Below are positions 39,919-50,081 of a stretch of 64,000 bases of DNA, piece by piece. The notes beneath the pieces are model-generated. The model worked only from the letters and a program-made list of their open reading frames with translations. It was not told where the DNA came from and did no database searches. Made by a program: the position numbers and the translations under genes. Each line of letters begins with the position of its first letter. Within the stretch, counting starts at the first letter, position 1. Source of the DNA: Trichodelitschia bisporula (taxonomy: Eukaryota); NCBI GenBank assembly GCA_010356995.1, contig ML996692.1, positions 941,933-1,005,932 of the forward strand, in the 5' to 3' direction.

Positions 39919-40842
39919 ATGGCGACCGAAACTACGCAAACCGTCACCGATGCGCCCTCCGTAACCCATCTCTCACCCTCCCCCCTCCTAACGGACCTCA
40001 ACCGCGATGGCTACGTCATCATCCCCAACGCGCTCTCCCCGGAGCAACTCACCTCCCTCCGCGAGGCAGCCGGGCACATAACCGACCTCGCACGCAAAGG
40101 CCAATGGCCCTACATCCGCACGCTGCCCAAGCAATTCCCGCCATGGTCCTCCGACCCCTCCAACGGCATCTGGGGCGTGCAGCACTTGATGCACCCAGAC
40201 ATGCCGGGCCAACCCCTCTTCGCAGCGTCCTACTTCACCGACGCCGTCGTGCGCCCCGTCATGGACCTGATCGGCTGCACCGACGACTCGGAGCTCATCA
40301 TGGAGCTGTACAACCTGCTCGTGCGGCCGGACAGCGACTTCGAGCTGCGCTGGCACAGGGATGACATTGCGGCGACGGCGACCGCGGAGGAGGAACTCGC
40401 GCGCCTGAATAAGCCGGCCTGGCATGCGCAGTGGAATCTCGCGCTGTATGATGATGCGAGCTTGATTGTCGTGCCGGGGTCGCATGCGCGGGCGCGGACG
40501 GACGCGGAGCGCGCGGCTGACCCGTTTGAGAAGAATATGCCGGGCCAGAAGATCGTGCAGATGAAGGCGGGCGATGTGGTCTTCTACAACAATAATATCC
40601 TGCATCGCGGGGCGTACTCGGCGAGTGTGGAGCGTGCGACGCTGCATGGGAGCATTGGGCATGTGAAGGGGAATAAGGAGCGGGCGCGCAATGTGCTTCA
40701 GCATGGCGTGGGGGCGTGGGTCGACAAGGTTGATTTTAGTGCCTTGCCGGAGGAGCTCCGCGGCCGGGCGGAGAATATGCGCCGCCGGTTGAAGCAGATG
40801 GGAGACGTGAGCGGGGATGTGGGCTTTGCGCATGACGATTAG
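39919..40842 (+). CDS. Phytanoyl-CoA dioxygenase (PhyH) family Fe(II)/2-oxoglutarate dioxygenase, intronless
   Basis: LNRDGYVIIPNAL N-terminal motif, HxD (WHRDD), LIVVPGSH, MKAGDVVFY and distal His (ILHRG). ATG context caaccATGg. Confidence 0.9.
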   Translation: MATETTQTVTDAPSVTHLSPSPLLTDLNRDGYVIIPNALSPEQLTSLREAAGHITDLARKGQWPYIRTLPKQFPPWSSDPSNGIWGVQHLMHPDMPGQPLFAASYFTDAVVRPVMDLIGCTDDSELIMELYNLLVRPDSDFELRWHRDDIAATATAEEELARLNKPAWHAQWNLALYDDASLIVVPGSHARARTDAERAADPFEKNMPGQKIVQMKAGDVVFYNNNILHRGAYSASVERATLHGSIGHVKGNKERARNVLQHGVGAWVDKVDFSALPEELRGRAENMRRRLKQMGDVSGDVGFAHDD

Positions 40843-41216
40843 GCACTGGATTCGGAGCATAGCATTGAAGCCGGGCACGGGGTTGAGAAGGATGCGTTAC
40901 CTCTTCCGTCCTAGCTTTAGCTGCGTCCGGTGTCGAGAAGGCTCGGATAGGCATGTCGGATACTGCGCAATATCACATGGCGTTAACCCAGCCTCGCGAC
41001 CTTCCCACATACGTGTGTGTACATCTGCCTGCCATCATCGTTGCGAACTGCCTAATTAACTCACAATCCCTAATCTATCCTCGGCTTCAGTAAGTATGTA
41101 CATCCCTGCAAAAGCCGAAGCTTCACCTGCCAAAGCCGCATCAGTCAATAGCTCGACATCTCAAAAACCCTCTGTGCGACTTGCGGCAGAACCTCACACC
41201 TCCTCATCCACACATC

Positions 41217-42925
41217 ATGCTGCAAACTGCCCCTAAACCCTCACCTCACGCCCCGCGCATCCTCACCATCGGCGCCGGCTCGCAAGGACACGCCTACGCC
41301 GGGCCAATCGCGAAGAACGGATGGGGGCACATCGCCTGTGTGGCCGAGCCGATCCCATACAAGCGGGCCGAGTTCGGGGGGCGGTTCATCTGGGGGCTGG
41401 AGGGGCGGGAGGCGCTGCCCTGGGAGCAATTCGTGGGGTGGGAAGAATGGCTCGCATATGAGAAAGAACGGCGGGGGCGCGTTGCGACTGGTGAGATCCG
41501 CGAGGGAGATCCAGAGTTTCGGGGGGTGGATGCGGTGTTTGTGTGTGTGCTGGATGAGATGCATGTGCGAGTTGTGAAGGCGGTGGCGCCGCTGGGACTA
41601 CATATTATGTGTGAGAAGCCGCTGGCGACGAGTTTGGAGGATTGTATTGACATCTTGGGGACGGTGACGAGAGAGTGGAATGTTCTGGGGAAGAAGAGCA
41701 TATTTGGGATTGGGCATGTGTTGCGCTACAGCCCGCAGAATGTGACGCTGAGGAGGCTGGTTAGAGAGGAGAGGGTGATTGGGGATGTGATTAGCATGGA
41801 ACATACTGAACCGGTCGGGTGGTGGCATATGGCCCACAGCTTCGTGCGGTAAGTTCACGTTCCCCTTGCGGGAGAATGGTAGCTGACAAGCAAAGAGGAA
41901 ACTGGCGTCGAGAAGACGTGACCGCACCGATACTACTCACGAAGTCTTGCCATGACATGGACTTCCTGCTTTGGCTCCTCTCTGCACCAACGGATCCTAG
42001 CAAAGGAGATCCGCCTCATATGCCCGCGCTCATCACCTCCACGGGTATGCTCACGCACTTCCGGAAATCACGCAAGCCACTTGCCGCCGGTCCGGCCACC
42101 AACTGCCTCTCATGTCCCATAGAGCAGAGTTGCATATATTCAGCCAAAAATGTCTACATCAAGCACCATTTTGACCAAAACGATCTGGAGTGGCCACTGA
42201 AGGTCGTGGTTCCAGAGATCGAAGACTTGTACAAAGAGAAGGGTAAGGATGCCGCAAAGGCACGGCTGCTTGAGGCATTGGCAGTAGACTACACGTCGGA
42301 CACTCCAGCCTCCGAGGTCAAGCAGCGCTCCTGGTACGGACGCTGTGTGTGGGAGTGCGACAACAACGTCTGTGACGACCAAACAGTAACCATATCCTGG
42401 GAAGATGACCCATTGCCAGAAGGGAGTTCTGCATTAAACGGTACTACCGAAGAGACAAATGGTTTCACCAAAGGTGATGCCGGAGGCCTGAACGGACGAG
42501 CCGCCAAAACTGCCATCTTCCACATGACAGCGCCAACCGAGAGCGTCTGCGAGCGAAGAGGACGAATCTATGGCACCGCAGGTGAAATAACATACGACTT
42601 CGACACCATCTTTGTCCACTCTTTCGCAACCGGCAAGACCGAGACCGTTGTTCCCGAGGGACGTGGAGGTGGCCACGGTGGAGGAGACGATGCTTTGGCA
42701 GAGAACTTCTGTAAGGCCGTGCAAGCGGTGCTGTCAGGCGAGATGGATGCAGAGGAATCGCAGAAGAGGTTCGTGGGATGCGGTATTGAGGAGATTGTTC
42801 GGCACCACATCGCTGTCTTCGCAGCTGAAAGAGCTCGGCGGAGGAGACTAGTGGTCGATTGGAACGAATTCTGGGAGTTGAATGTTGAGCCGCAATTGCG
42901 CAAGGTTGTTCTCGGGGCACCATGA
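41217..42925 (+). CDS. Gfo/Idh/MocA family NAD(P)-dependent oxidoreductase (StrI-like); exons 41217-41848, 41896-42925
   Basis: Rossmann motif IGAGSQG, CEKPLA, GHVLRYSP, HSFVRGNWR (across intron 41849-41895), TKSCHDMD, NCLSC, GHGGGD. Confidence 0.92.
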
Positions 42926-43062
42926 AGCCGTAGATGGTCCTGCAGCTGTATCAGTGAGCTTAGATATCGTGCCAATGGGATGAGCTTTCACAATACTCCT
43001 CGAGACGGCCAAACCTTCAGCCCGACCTAGCGCTGGTTCACCTGCAGCGAGATTCCCCCCCC

Positions 43063-43257
43063 TCAACCCAGACCTAAGCGGCTGCGTCTCCAATGTTGCA
43101 GAGTTTGCCCACTCAATTAATAATGGGGATACTCTCGGCCAACTTCACCATGAGGGTCATCGAGATGCCAAAGATGTAAAGCCTGTGTATCGCCATTATT
43201 AAAGGACTGGACAAACTGAACAACAGTTGAGACACAAGCGGCATAGGCATGAGTTGA
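43063..43257. repeat. Long imperfect inverted repeat (arms 43063-43132 / 43187-43257)
   Basis: Hand alignment: 54 of 71 positions complementary, 1 gap; core TTAATAATGGGGATAC / GTATCGCCATTATTAA. Confidence 0.9.
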
Positions 43258-43590
43258 TCTAACAGGACTGTGTTGTTAGTGGTGATGTCCTTCGATGAGG
43301 TACTTACACTATCGACCAAAGAGCAACACAACAGTAGAGCGAGATAACAGGCCGCTGCCGCAATCCAAGTTAGGCTATCACGAGTCAAGCCAGAAAGCAT
43401 CAAACTAGCCGGCAGGTTGGCCGCTCTACGCTTTGAATGGTTTAGTCAATTGTAAACGGCGGAGGCTCTTCGCTCTGAGGAGTCTCCTCTTCCGGAGACA
43501 GACTCCGCCATGTAAGGCCTGTTATAGACGCTCGCACGAGCATCTGCTCAGCTGCAGACTCTGCTTCCGGATATGGCAGCAACATCATCA

Positions 43591-43860
43591 ACGGCATCTT
43601 CAAGTACGTACGTATTGGGGTTCCGAATACCACAGGGCACACATCGTAAAGTCTTTTGATGGTATCAGTTATTGGCGGTCGGCTTGATGGTCGCTGGCTT
43701 GCCTCGAGATGGTGTAGCTCGGGCCGGGGCGACGGCGTATTATCTAGCTCAAGCCAGCCGCTCTCAAGCCAGCCGCCGTTGACTGATGCCATGAAAAGAC
43801 TCTACGAAGTGTGTCCTTTGGTAGTCGAGAACACGATACGTACGCACTTGAAGATGGCGT
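43591..43860. repeat. Ungapped 111-bp inverted repeat (arms 43591-43701 / 43750-43860)
   Basis: Hand alignment: 88 of 111 positions Watson-Crick complementary with no indels; 48-nt spacer that can itself partly pair. Confidence 0.95.
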
Positions 43861-43937
43861 GGGACGGCGTATTCTCTCGCTCTGCCGAGGTGGTGTGTCG
43901 CCCTTCGGTCGATAGCTGGCGTTTAGCGGATTAGAGA

Positions 43938-44037
43938 TGTTCGGAGATGGGACTGGCTCTTGCCCCATTGCATTATTAGTGATGATCTGTTCGGAGATGG
44001 GACTGGCTCTGGCCTCATTGTATTATTAATGATGATC
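43938..44037. repeat. 50-bp tandem duplication (2 copies, 4 substitutions)
   Basis: TGTTCGGAGATGGGACTGGCTCT(T/G)GCC(C/T)CATTG(C/T)ATTATTA(G/A)TGATGATC twice. Confidence 0.95.
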
Positions 44038-44114
44038 TCTAGTTCTAACGGTATTAGGCTCCTGCTGGGCAGTCACCTTTGACATGAAGAAATGCACCTT
44101 CCATGCGCTCTTGG

Positions 44115-44216
44115 AATGTCGCATCCATGGGAAATATTCGAGAAGCTTACGGTATGTCGGAGAGATAGGATCGCTCCGACGTAAGATTATCGAATAGTTC
44201 CCATGGATGAGGCATT
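44115..44216. ncRNA. Near-perfect 102-nt hairpin, pre-miRNA/milRNA-like
   Basis: 47 aligned stem positions: 41 Watson-Crick, 1 G:U, 5 single mismatches; one 5-nt bulge (44152-44156) and a 3-nt loop (44167-44169). The inverted repeat is certain; RNA function is inferred. Confidence 0.55.
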
Positions 44217-44800
44217 TTGTAGCCCTGAATGACTATATTTGATGACCAAGTTGAGAAGAGACCTCTCATCGAACAACCGCTCAAGAAAATCGATGTTTAT
44301 ATACACTGTTTGGGTCACATAATAGCAGGAAGTGCCGCCAGAGGTGGGGCTTTGAAGTCACGGTTACGGCATCGACGAGCCGTCTCTGAACAATCACGTT
44401 AGTATGGATCAGATGGTCTTCACGTACCTTCCAATGCGTACATATCTTCTAGAACTAGGGCTTAAGTAGAGCGCATCGAAGACGGGATCTCAGAGCGCCC
44501 AACTGACTTTGAGGTATGAACGTCGTTGAAATGCTGCACACACCGCGTCCGCCCCGCGTCCATTCGAACAGGCTAGCGCGGTAAGCTCTCATCCCGCCCA
44601 GCACCTAGCTCCGAACTATCTCCAGACCTCGGTGCAGATCGCATGAACGTGGGGAAAGCTTTCCCGCCCTCACAACAACACCACTTCCGTCATGATGCAC
44701 GGCTTAATAATACGTCCTCAGCACCTCATCGCAATCGAGAGCATAAAACCGACATCCCATCTCCAGCCCTAACACATTGTCCCACCTAACACCCGCAACC

Positions 44801-45930
44801 ATGCCCTCCGCCATCGTCGTCCGCAAAATCGACGGCAAGCCCGGCCAGGTCTACTACCCACTCGAGAAGGTCACCGTCGCGGCGCCCTCCCCGAAGTCCG
44901 ATGAAGTCGTCATCGCTATCCGCGCCGCTGCGCTTAACCACCGCGACCTGTTCATCCGCCAGCACCTGTACCCGGGGGTCTCATTCGGCGTCCCGCTGCT
45001 CGCGGATGGGAGCGGCGTGGTCGTGAGCACAGGCAGCGACCCCGCGGCCAAGGCCTGGCAGGGCAAGCGCGTAGTCATCAACCCGGGCTCGGGATGGGCG
45101 TCCGACCCGTACGGGCCTGAAGACCCGGCCGGGTACAAGATTCTCGGGGGGACGAAGTTTAACCCCGTGGGCACGCTCGCGGAGTATGCGGTTATTGCGG
45201 CGAGCGAGGTTGAGGAGGCGCCGGCGCATTTGTCTGATGGCGAGGCTGCGGCTGTTGTCCTGACCGGATTGACTGCGTGGCGGGCTGTGTTTAGCAAGAG
45301 TGGGAATGCGGAGCCGGGGCGAAATATTTTGGTTACGGGGATTGGAGGTGGTGTTGCGATTATGGCGCTGCTGTTGGCACATGCGGCTGGGGTGCGGGTG
45401 TTTGTCACGAGTGGCAGTGCGGAGAAGCTGGAGAAAGCGAAGGAGCTGGGTGCGGCGGGTGGCGTGAACTACAAGGACAAGGACTGGGAGAAGCAGTTGC
45501 AGGCGCTGCTGCCTAAGGACCGGCCGTACCTGGATGCTGTCGTTGACGGTGCGGGAGGTGATATTGTCCCGAAGTCGACAAGACTTCTCAAGGTGTGTTT
45601 TTTCCTCTTATGTGGTGATGAAGGCTAACTGTCCAGGCCGGCGGCGTCATTGTCACCTACGGTATGACCGTTGGGCCACAGATCGTGTACCCCATGGGCA
45701 CGGTGCTGAAGAATATCGACCTGAAGGGGTCGACAATGGGCTCGCGGAAGGAGTTTGCCGATATGATTAAGTTCGTACAGGAGAAGCAGCTACGGCCGGT
45801 TATCTCGCGCAGCGTGCGCGGCCTTGACATTGAGGCGATTGACGGGTTGTTTGAAGACATGAAGAAGGGGACACAGTTTGGGAAGCTGGTTGTGGAAGTA
45901 TCTAGCGACGGTCAGGCGAGTAAGTTGTAG
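44801..45930 (+). CDS. Medium-chain dehydrogenase/reductase (zinc-type ADH-like / quinone reductase family) with PTS1; exons 44801-45592, 45637-45930
   Basis: AAALNHRDLF, DGSGVV, LTGLTAWRA, ILVTGIGGGVA, GSTMGS, QFGKLVV; ends in -SKL. Intron 45593-45636 with GCTAAC. Confidence 0.92.
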
Positions 45931-46991
45931 ACCGCCTTCGATCCAAATGTATTTTAACTTCGGAATAAAGCAGCTGGCTCGGGACCCTGATGTACTTAGG
46001 GCGGTGATAAATCCCTAGCCAAAGTGTGAGGCTCCGTAGCCTTGACAACAATCTTTGCCACGGTCTTCTTCTAATGTGGAACTTGGAGCGGTGACGAGAC
46101 TGACATCAGTCTCTCTGGCTCGTCCAGCATTCATGTTGGGGCGGTACCCTGGCGTGCATGGACGAGGACGCCGTGAAGACGGGTCTTCAAATTAGACCGA
46201 CTTGGTCAGACTTATTATTTGGACGACGAACATACCCAGGGTGCTCAGACTTATAGAGCAGATGCACCCGTCGGTTCAAAGGACATTGATGAGTGCGAGC
46301 ACGAGGAGTGCACCCAAGTGGTCAGCCTCGTCTTGTCCCAAGTGACGTCAGGATTGGCATCAGGGGTATCGTCTCAAACCACGAACGTCAACCGTCAACC
46401 ATCACCACGCCATCCTCATCTTACACTTCAACACTAACTGTCTACAGTGTACTGAGGAAAGAATTACGTTTTGGAGACCCTTATCATCACCTTAGCGAAG
46501 CCAAAAACCCAGGGCGGAATAGCCGCACCTCAAGCCAGTCCCACCACCCTATTCCGTCCATTATCACCAAGAGAGGCCTTCACAGCACAAAGAAGTCTTC
46601 ACTGGCTGCCCTGTGGGCGGCCTTGAAGCCTTGAAGCCCAGAAAACCGGGCAAACCGATTTTACTGATAACCTAAAGCAAGCTTTCGGTGAACACTGTGA
46701 ACACACAGGTAAACCCAATGGGTGGAAGAATAGGAAAAAATCCAATGGGTGGTAAGGGTACAAGAAAACAGAATCCCCCACAAACTCCTGCAGATCCATC
46801 CGCCGCACAGGGGCCACTTTCCATCTCGCTGCACGACTGCGCTCGCGAGGCACAACCAACTCCCTCGCCCTTACTTTCTAAAAACATCACGCTCGCGTCA
46901 ACCTCACCCCCCATCTTCAACCCCCACACACGTCAACCCTCCCCGTCCGCCAGCTCGCGCCCCTTCCCCTGAACACCCGCCACATCGCCAT

Positions 46992-47027
46992 ACCCACTAC
47001 ACCCACAACACCCACAACACCCACAAG
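46992..47027. repeat. 9-bp tandem repeat (ACCCACAAC)x4, imperfect
   Basis: acccactac acccacaac acccacaac acccacaag. Confidence 0.85.
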
Positions 47028-47870
47028 CATCACCACCCAAGACCGTCAGCCCCACAAAAGCGCCGACCAAAAACGCTCACACAGTCGCAATTAATACGCA
47101 GTGAGAGTCGGCGGGAGAATGATACCTAACCCACGCCCGCCCAGCCCCGCAACTCGCACTGCACCCCGGTCTCCAGGGTCTTTACCCCACCCCCTTGCTC
47201 AACCAAGCGCACCCCAACGTAAAGCCAACCCAATCGCACCAGCAGTGCATGTATTGGTACAAGCTATCTACTGCAGTGCTGCTGGCGCGTGGATCACGCA
47301 TGACGGTGCGCTTGAGTCCTGAGCTGCGTCTCGTGGGCCGAGTGGAAAAGGGGGTTAAGGGAGCGGACGAGATCGCTCGGAATTCCTGGGCTAGATCCAG
47401 AGGATGAGCTGCGGAAATAGAGCCCTGCTTACCGTCATCGCGAGCTTAAGGGGGGATACAGACGACGGGTGCGGTCTGTCCATGCTTGATGCCGACCCCG
47501 GCCCCGCGACCAGGAGGCCATGTTGGTCCAGACGCATCATCGCCCAGGGCAAGCCACACCAACTCCAAACTCAAAGACAACGGCACATGAAAGTCAAATG
47601 GCAAGATCTAGCATTCCCGCTAAGCAACCAGCAGCGCAAAAAAGAGAACTACGCTCAAAAGCCAGCCGGGCAGCCCGCGAAGGCGCCCCGATCTTCCCTC
47701 CAAAGCAGACAAAGAGAAGTCTTCTATACAGTTACATATCCCAATGCCATATTCCTCCCTGCGCGCCATCGCCCGGCGCGGTGCGCTTTTATGGTCTCCG
47801 CGGAACCAGCCAACCGCGCGCTTCCCTTCGCTCCCATATATGCAACCCCGAATCGACAGTGTCCAGGCGC

Positions 47871-49986
47871 TTACAACTTCGCCTTGGGCGGCTCCGCCGT
47901 CGCGCTCAGCACGTCGCGGATGTCATTAGCCGCCTCGCCGAGGTAGAACTGCATGCGCTCAGCGCCGAGCTTCTTGCTGACGATGTTGAACTGGATGTTG
48001 TTCTCGTTGATCATGTAGGCAATACTATTCCAATTAGTATCTCGTCACGTGGAAAAGGCAAAGAGACTCACCCCCAGCCATCATCCACAACCTGGCTCCA
48101 GCCGTACCCGTTGAAGTACTCGCTGCTCAGCTGGCTGCTGCTGATAAACCACGTGGAGGAGTATGTGAACGCCGGGTCCGTGAACAGGGCGGGCGGCTCC
48201 TCGCCCTCACGCAGGCACTTCTTCAGTCCGAAGAGATGGCGATCCACGCCACGGCCATCACCCGCATCGCTGATGTACTTCACATGCGCGTCAACGGCAG
48301 CACGGAAGAGCTTGGCGGCCTCCTGAGGTCCAACGTTGGGGTCAGCCATGGCGTTGCAGAAGGCGACACTGTCGTCCGAGACAGTGCGGCACGTCTCCGT
48401 GCGGCCCTCCTGGAATTTCCTCGTGGCGGCCGACTCGTATGTCGGGCGGTTCTTGCCGTAGAACTTGTGGTAGGCCAGCTGGATGATCATCTGCACGTAC
48501 GCGTCGGGCGAGCACTTGAACTTCTTGATCAGGCCCTTGCCGTAACCCTGGTACGCCTGCACCCGCAACTCGTGTGCGCCGATCTGTCCGTCGAAGTGGC
48601 GCTGCGCGGCCGCCAGATCCTCGGTGATAGTGTCGTTGATCTTCCAGCCCAGGGCCTGCGGCTCGGGGAGGTTGGAGCGCACGGATGGGTTGTCGAAGTC
48701 TAGGGCGTTGGTGAAGATGAGCTGGTTGACGTAGTCGTTGAGGCGGTGGGTCGGCGTGCCGTCCATCATGCTGTGTTCGCCCATGAAGCCCGACGTGCCG
48801 TTGTCGTTGACGATGAACTGCAGCGGCTTGTCGAACCAGCGGTTCTGCCCGTCGCCGTGCCAGTATTGACGTGCGCGCTCCTCGAGCGTAACAGGCGCAG
48901 CATCGTCCAGGCAGACAATGAAGGACGAGGACTCAATCGCCTCAAGAGTGGCCTTGTTCTCCGGGCCCGCAGCGAGGAGGTGCTCGCGCGCGTGTGTCCA
49001 CGCATCGCGGTTTTGCGTGGTGAGGATGCCGACCGGGGCGGCCTTCTCGGCGCGCTGGTAGACGCGGCGGAAAAGGGTTTCGAGCTCAGTGGTATTCAGC
49101 TGCTTACCGTTGATGGTGTGGGGCACCTTGAAGAACTGATTCTTGCGGATGACGATGATGTGGGCGTTCGACTGGTAGTCGTACTTGACCGGATAGTCGG
49201 AAGGGATGGCGGGCACACGGCAGGCGTTGAACATCCACTTGTAGGAGCTCATGGCCATAGGCAGCTTGCGCATGTACTCCGGCTCAAGCGTCTTCTCATC
49301 CACCTGCTTCTTGAACTCAAGCGTCGCGGTTGTGAGCGCGGCGGCGCGCTTGGCAGGGTCGCGACGCTTGCGGTCATCCTTGTGCGAATAGAAGTAGCTG
49401 ACGTACGGGACGACGGGATCGCGGTATCCAAGGTATGCCGAGTCATTCCACCAGTCGATGATCCAGTTGTTGACCTTGGGGTCCTCGCGCTTCGCAATCA
49501 GGCGCTTCTGTAGGGTCTCGCCGATACCACCGGGGCGCACGAAGTCATCGACGGCGGCCTTGGAGACCTCCAGCTCGGACTCGCTGAGCAGCGGGTGCAG
49601 CGACTTGAGGTAGCGGCGCGCCGTCTCCTCGAGGGTGGGCACAGGCAGCTTCGGGAGAGACTCCTCGAAACGCAGCATAGCACCCTTGCTGTGATCCTCC
49701 TTATACCCTGCATGCGGTGTCAGCTATGGCTCTCCCCTCTCGTTTTCTCGCGTGTTCTCGCATTTCGCGGGGTGGACTACCTGCGGGGAGGGAGGAGCTC
49801 TTGCGTGCGGGGGCCATTGCGGCGGAGAACTTGAGATGACGTTAGCGGGGTACGGCCACAGCACGCGATCGGCCAGGAACAGCAACGCACCTTCAAAGAC
49901 GAAGCTGGTGTGAAAGCTCGCTGGCGGAGTAGAGATAGTGATGTGGGAGCACGGGCTCGGGCTATGCCATTGAGTACATTGAACAT
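47871..49986 (-). CDS. CAT2: Mitochondrial/peroxisomal carnitine O-acetyltransferase (Cat2/AcuJ type); exons 49986-49891, 49829-49781, 49707-48072, 48024-47871
   Basis: SLPKLPVPTLEET, NRWFDK, catalytic GEHSMMDG, TYESA, GRTET, GVDRHLFGL. Arg-rich, acid-free exon-1 presequence; C-terminal -AKL PTS1. Confidence 0.95.
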
Positions 49987-50081
49987 TGCCCGGGCGAGGT
50001 GTATATAAGGAAGGCGGGAGAGATGGTGGTCGAAGCGGACACAGTAAAGGGTTTAAGGTGGGAAAATTTCCTGGGCGTGCA

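Noticed and set aside
39988..40878. 296-aa antisense ORF, and similar long antisense/overlapping ORFs at 13895-14617, 35467-36162, 47520-48326, 48746-49513, 56726-57553
   Set aside because: Shadow frames of GC3-rich real genes; no protein-like motifs.
43744..43968. PPRQSERIRRPT motif suggestive of an LTR-retrotransposon pol linker
   Set aside because: Short low-complexity match with no RT/integrase motifs or LTRs nearby.
43591..44216. MITE or DNA-transposon terminal inverted repeats
   Set aside because: Arms pair almost to the centre, no target-site duplication is visible, and the hairpins are unrelated to each other. Genome-wide copy number is still untested.
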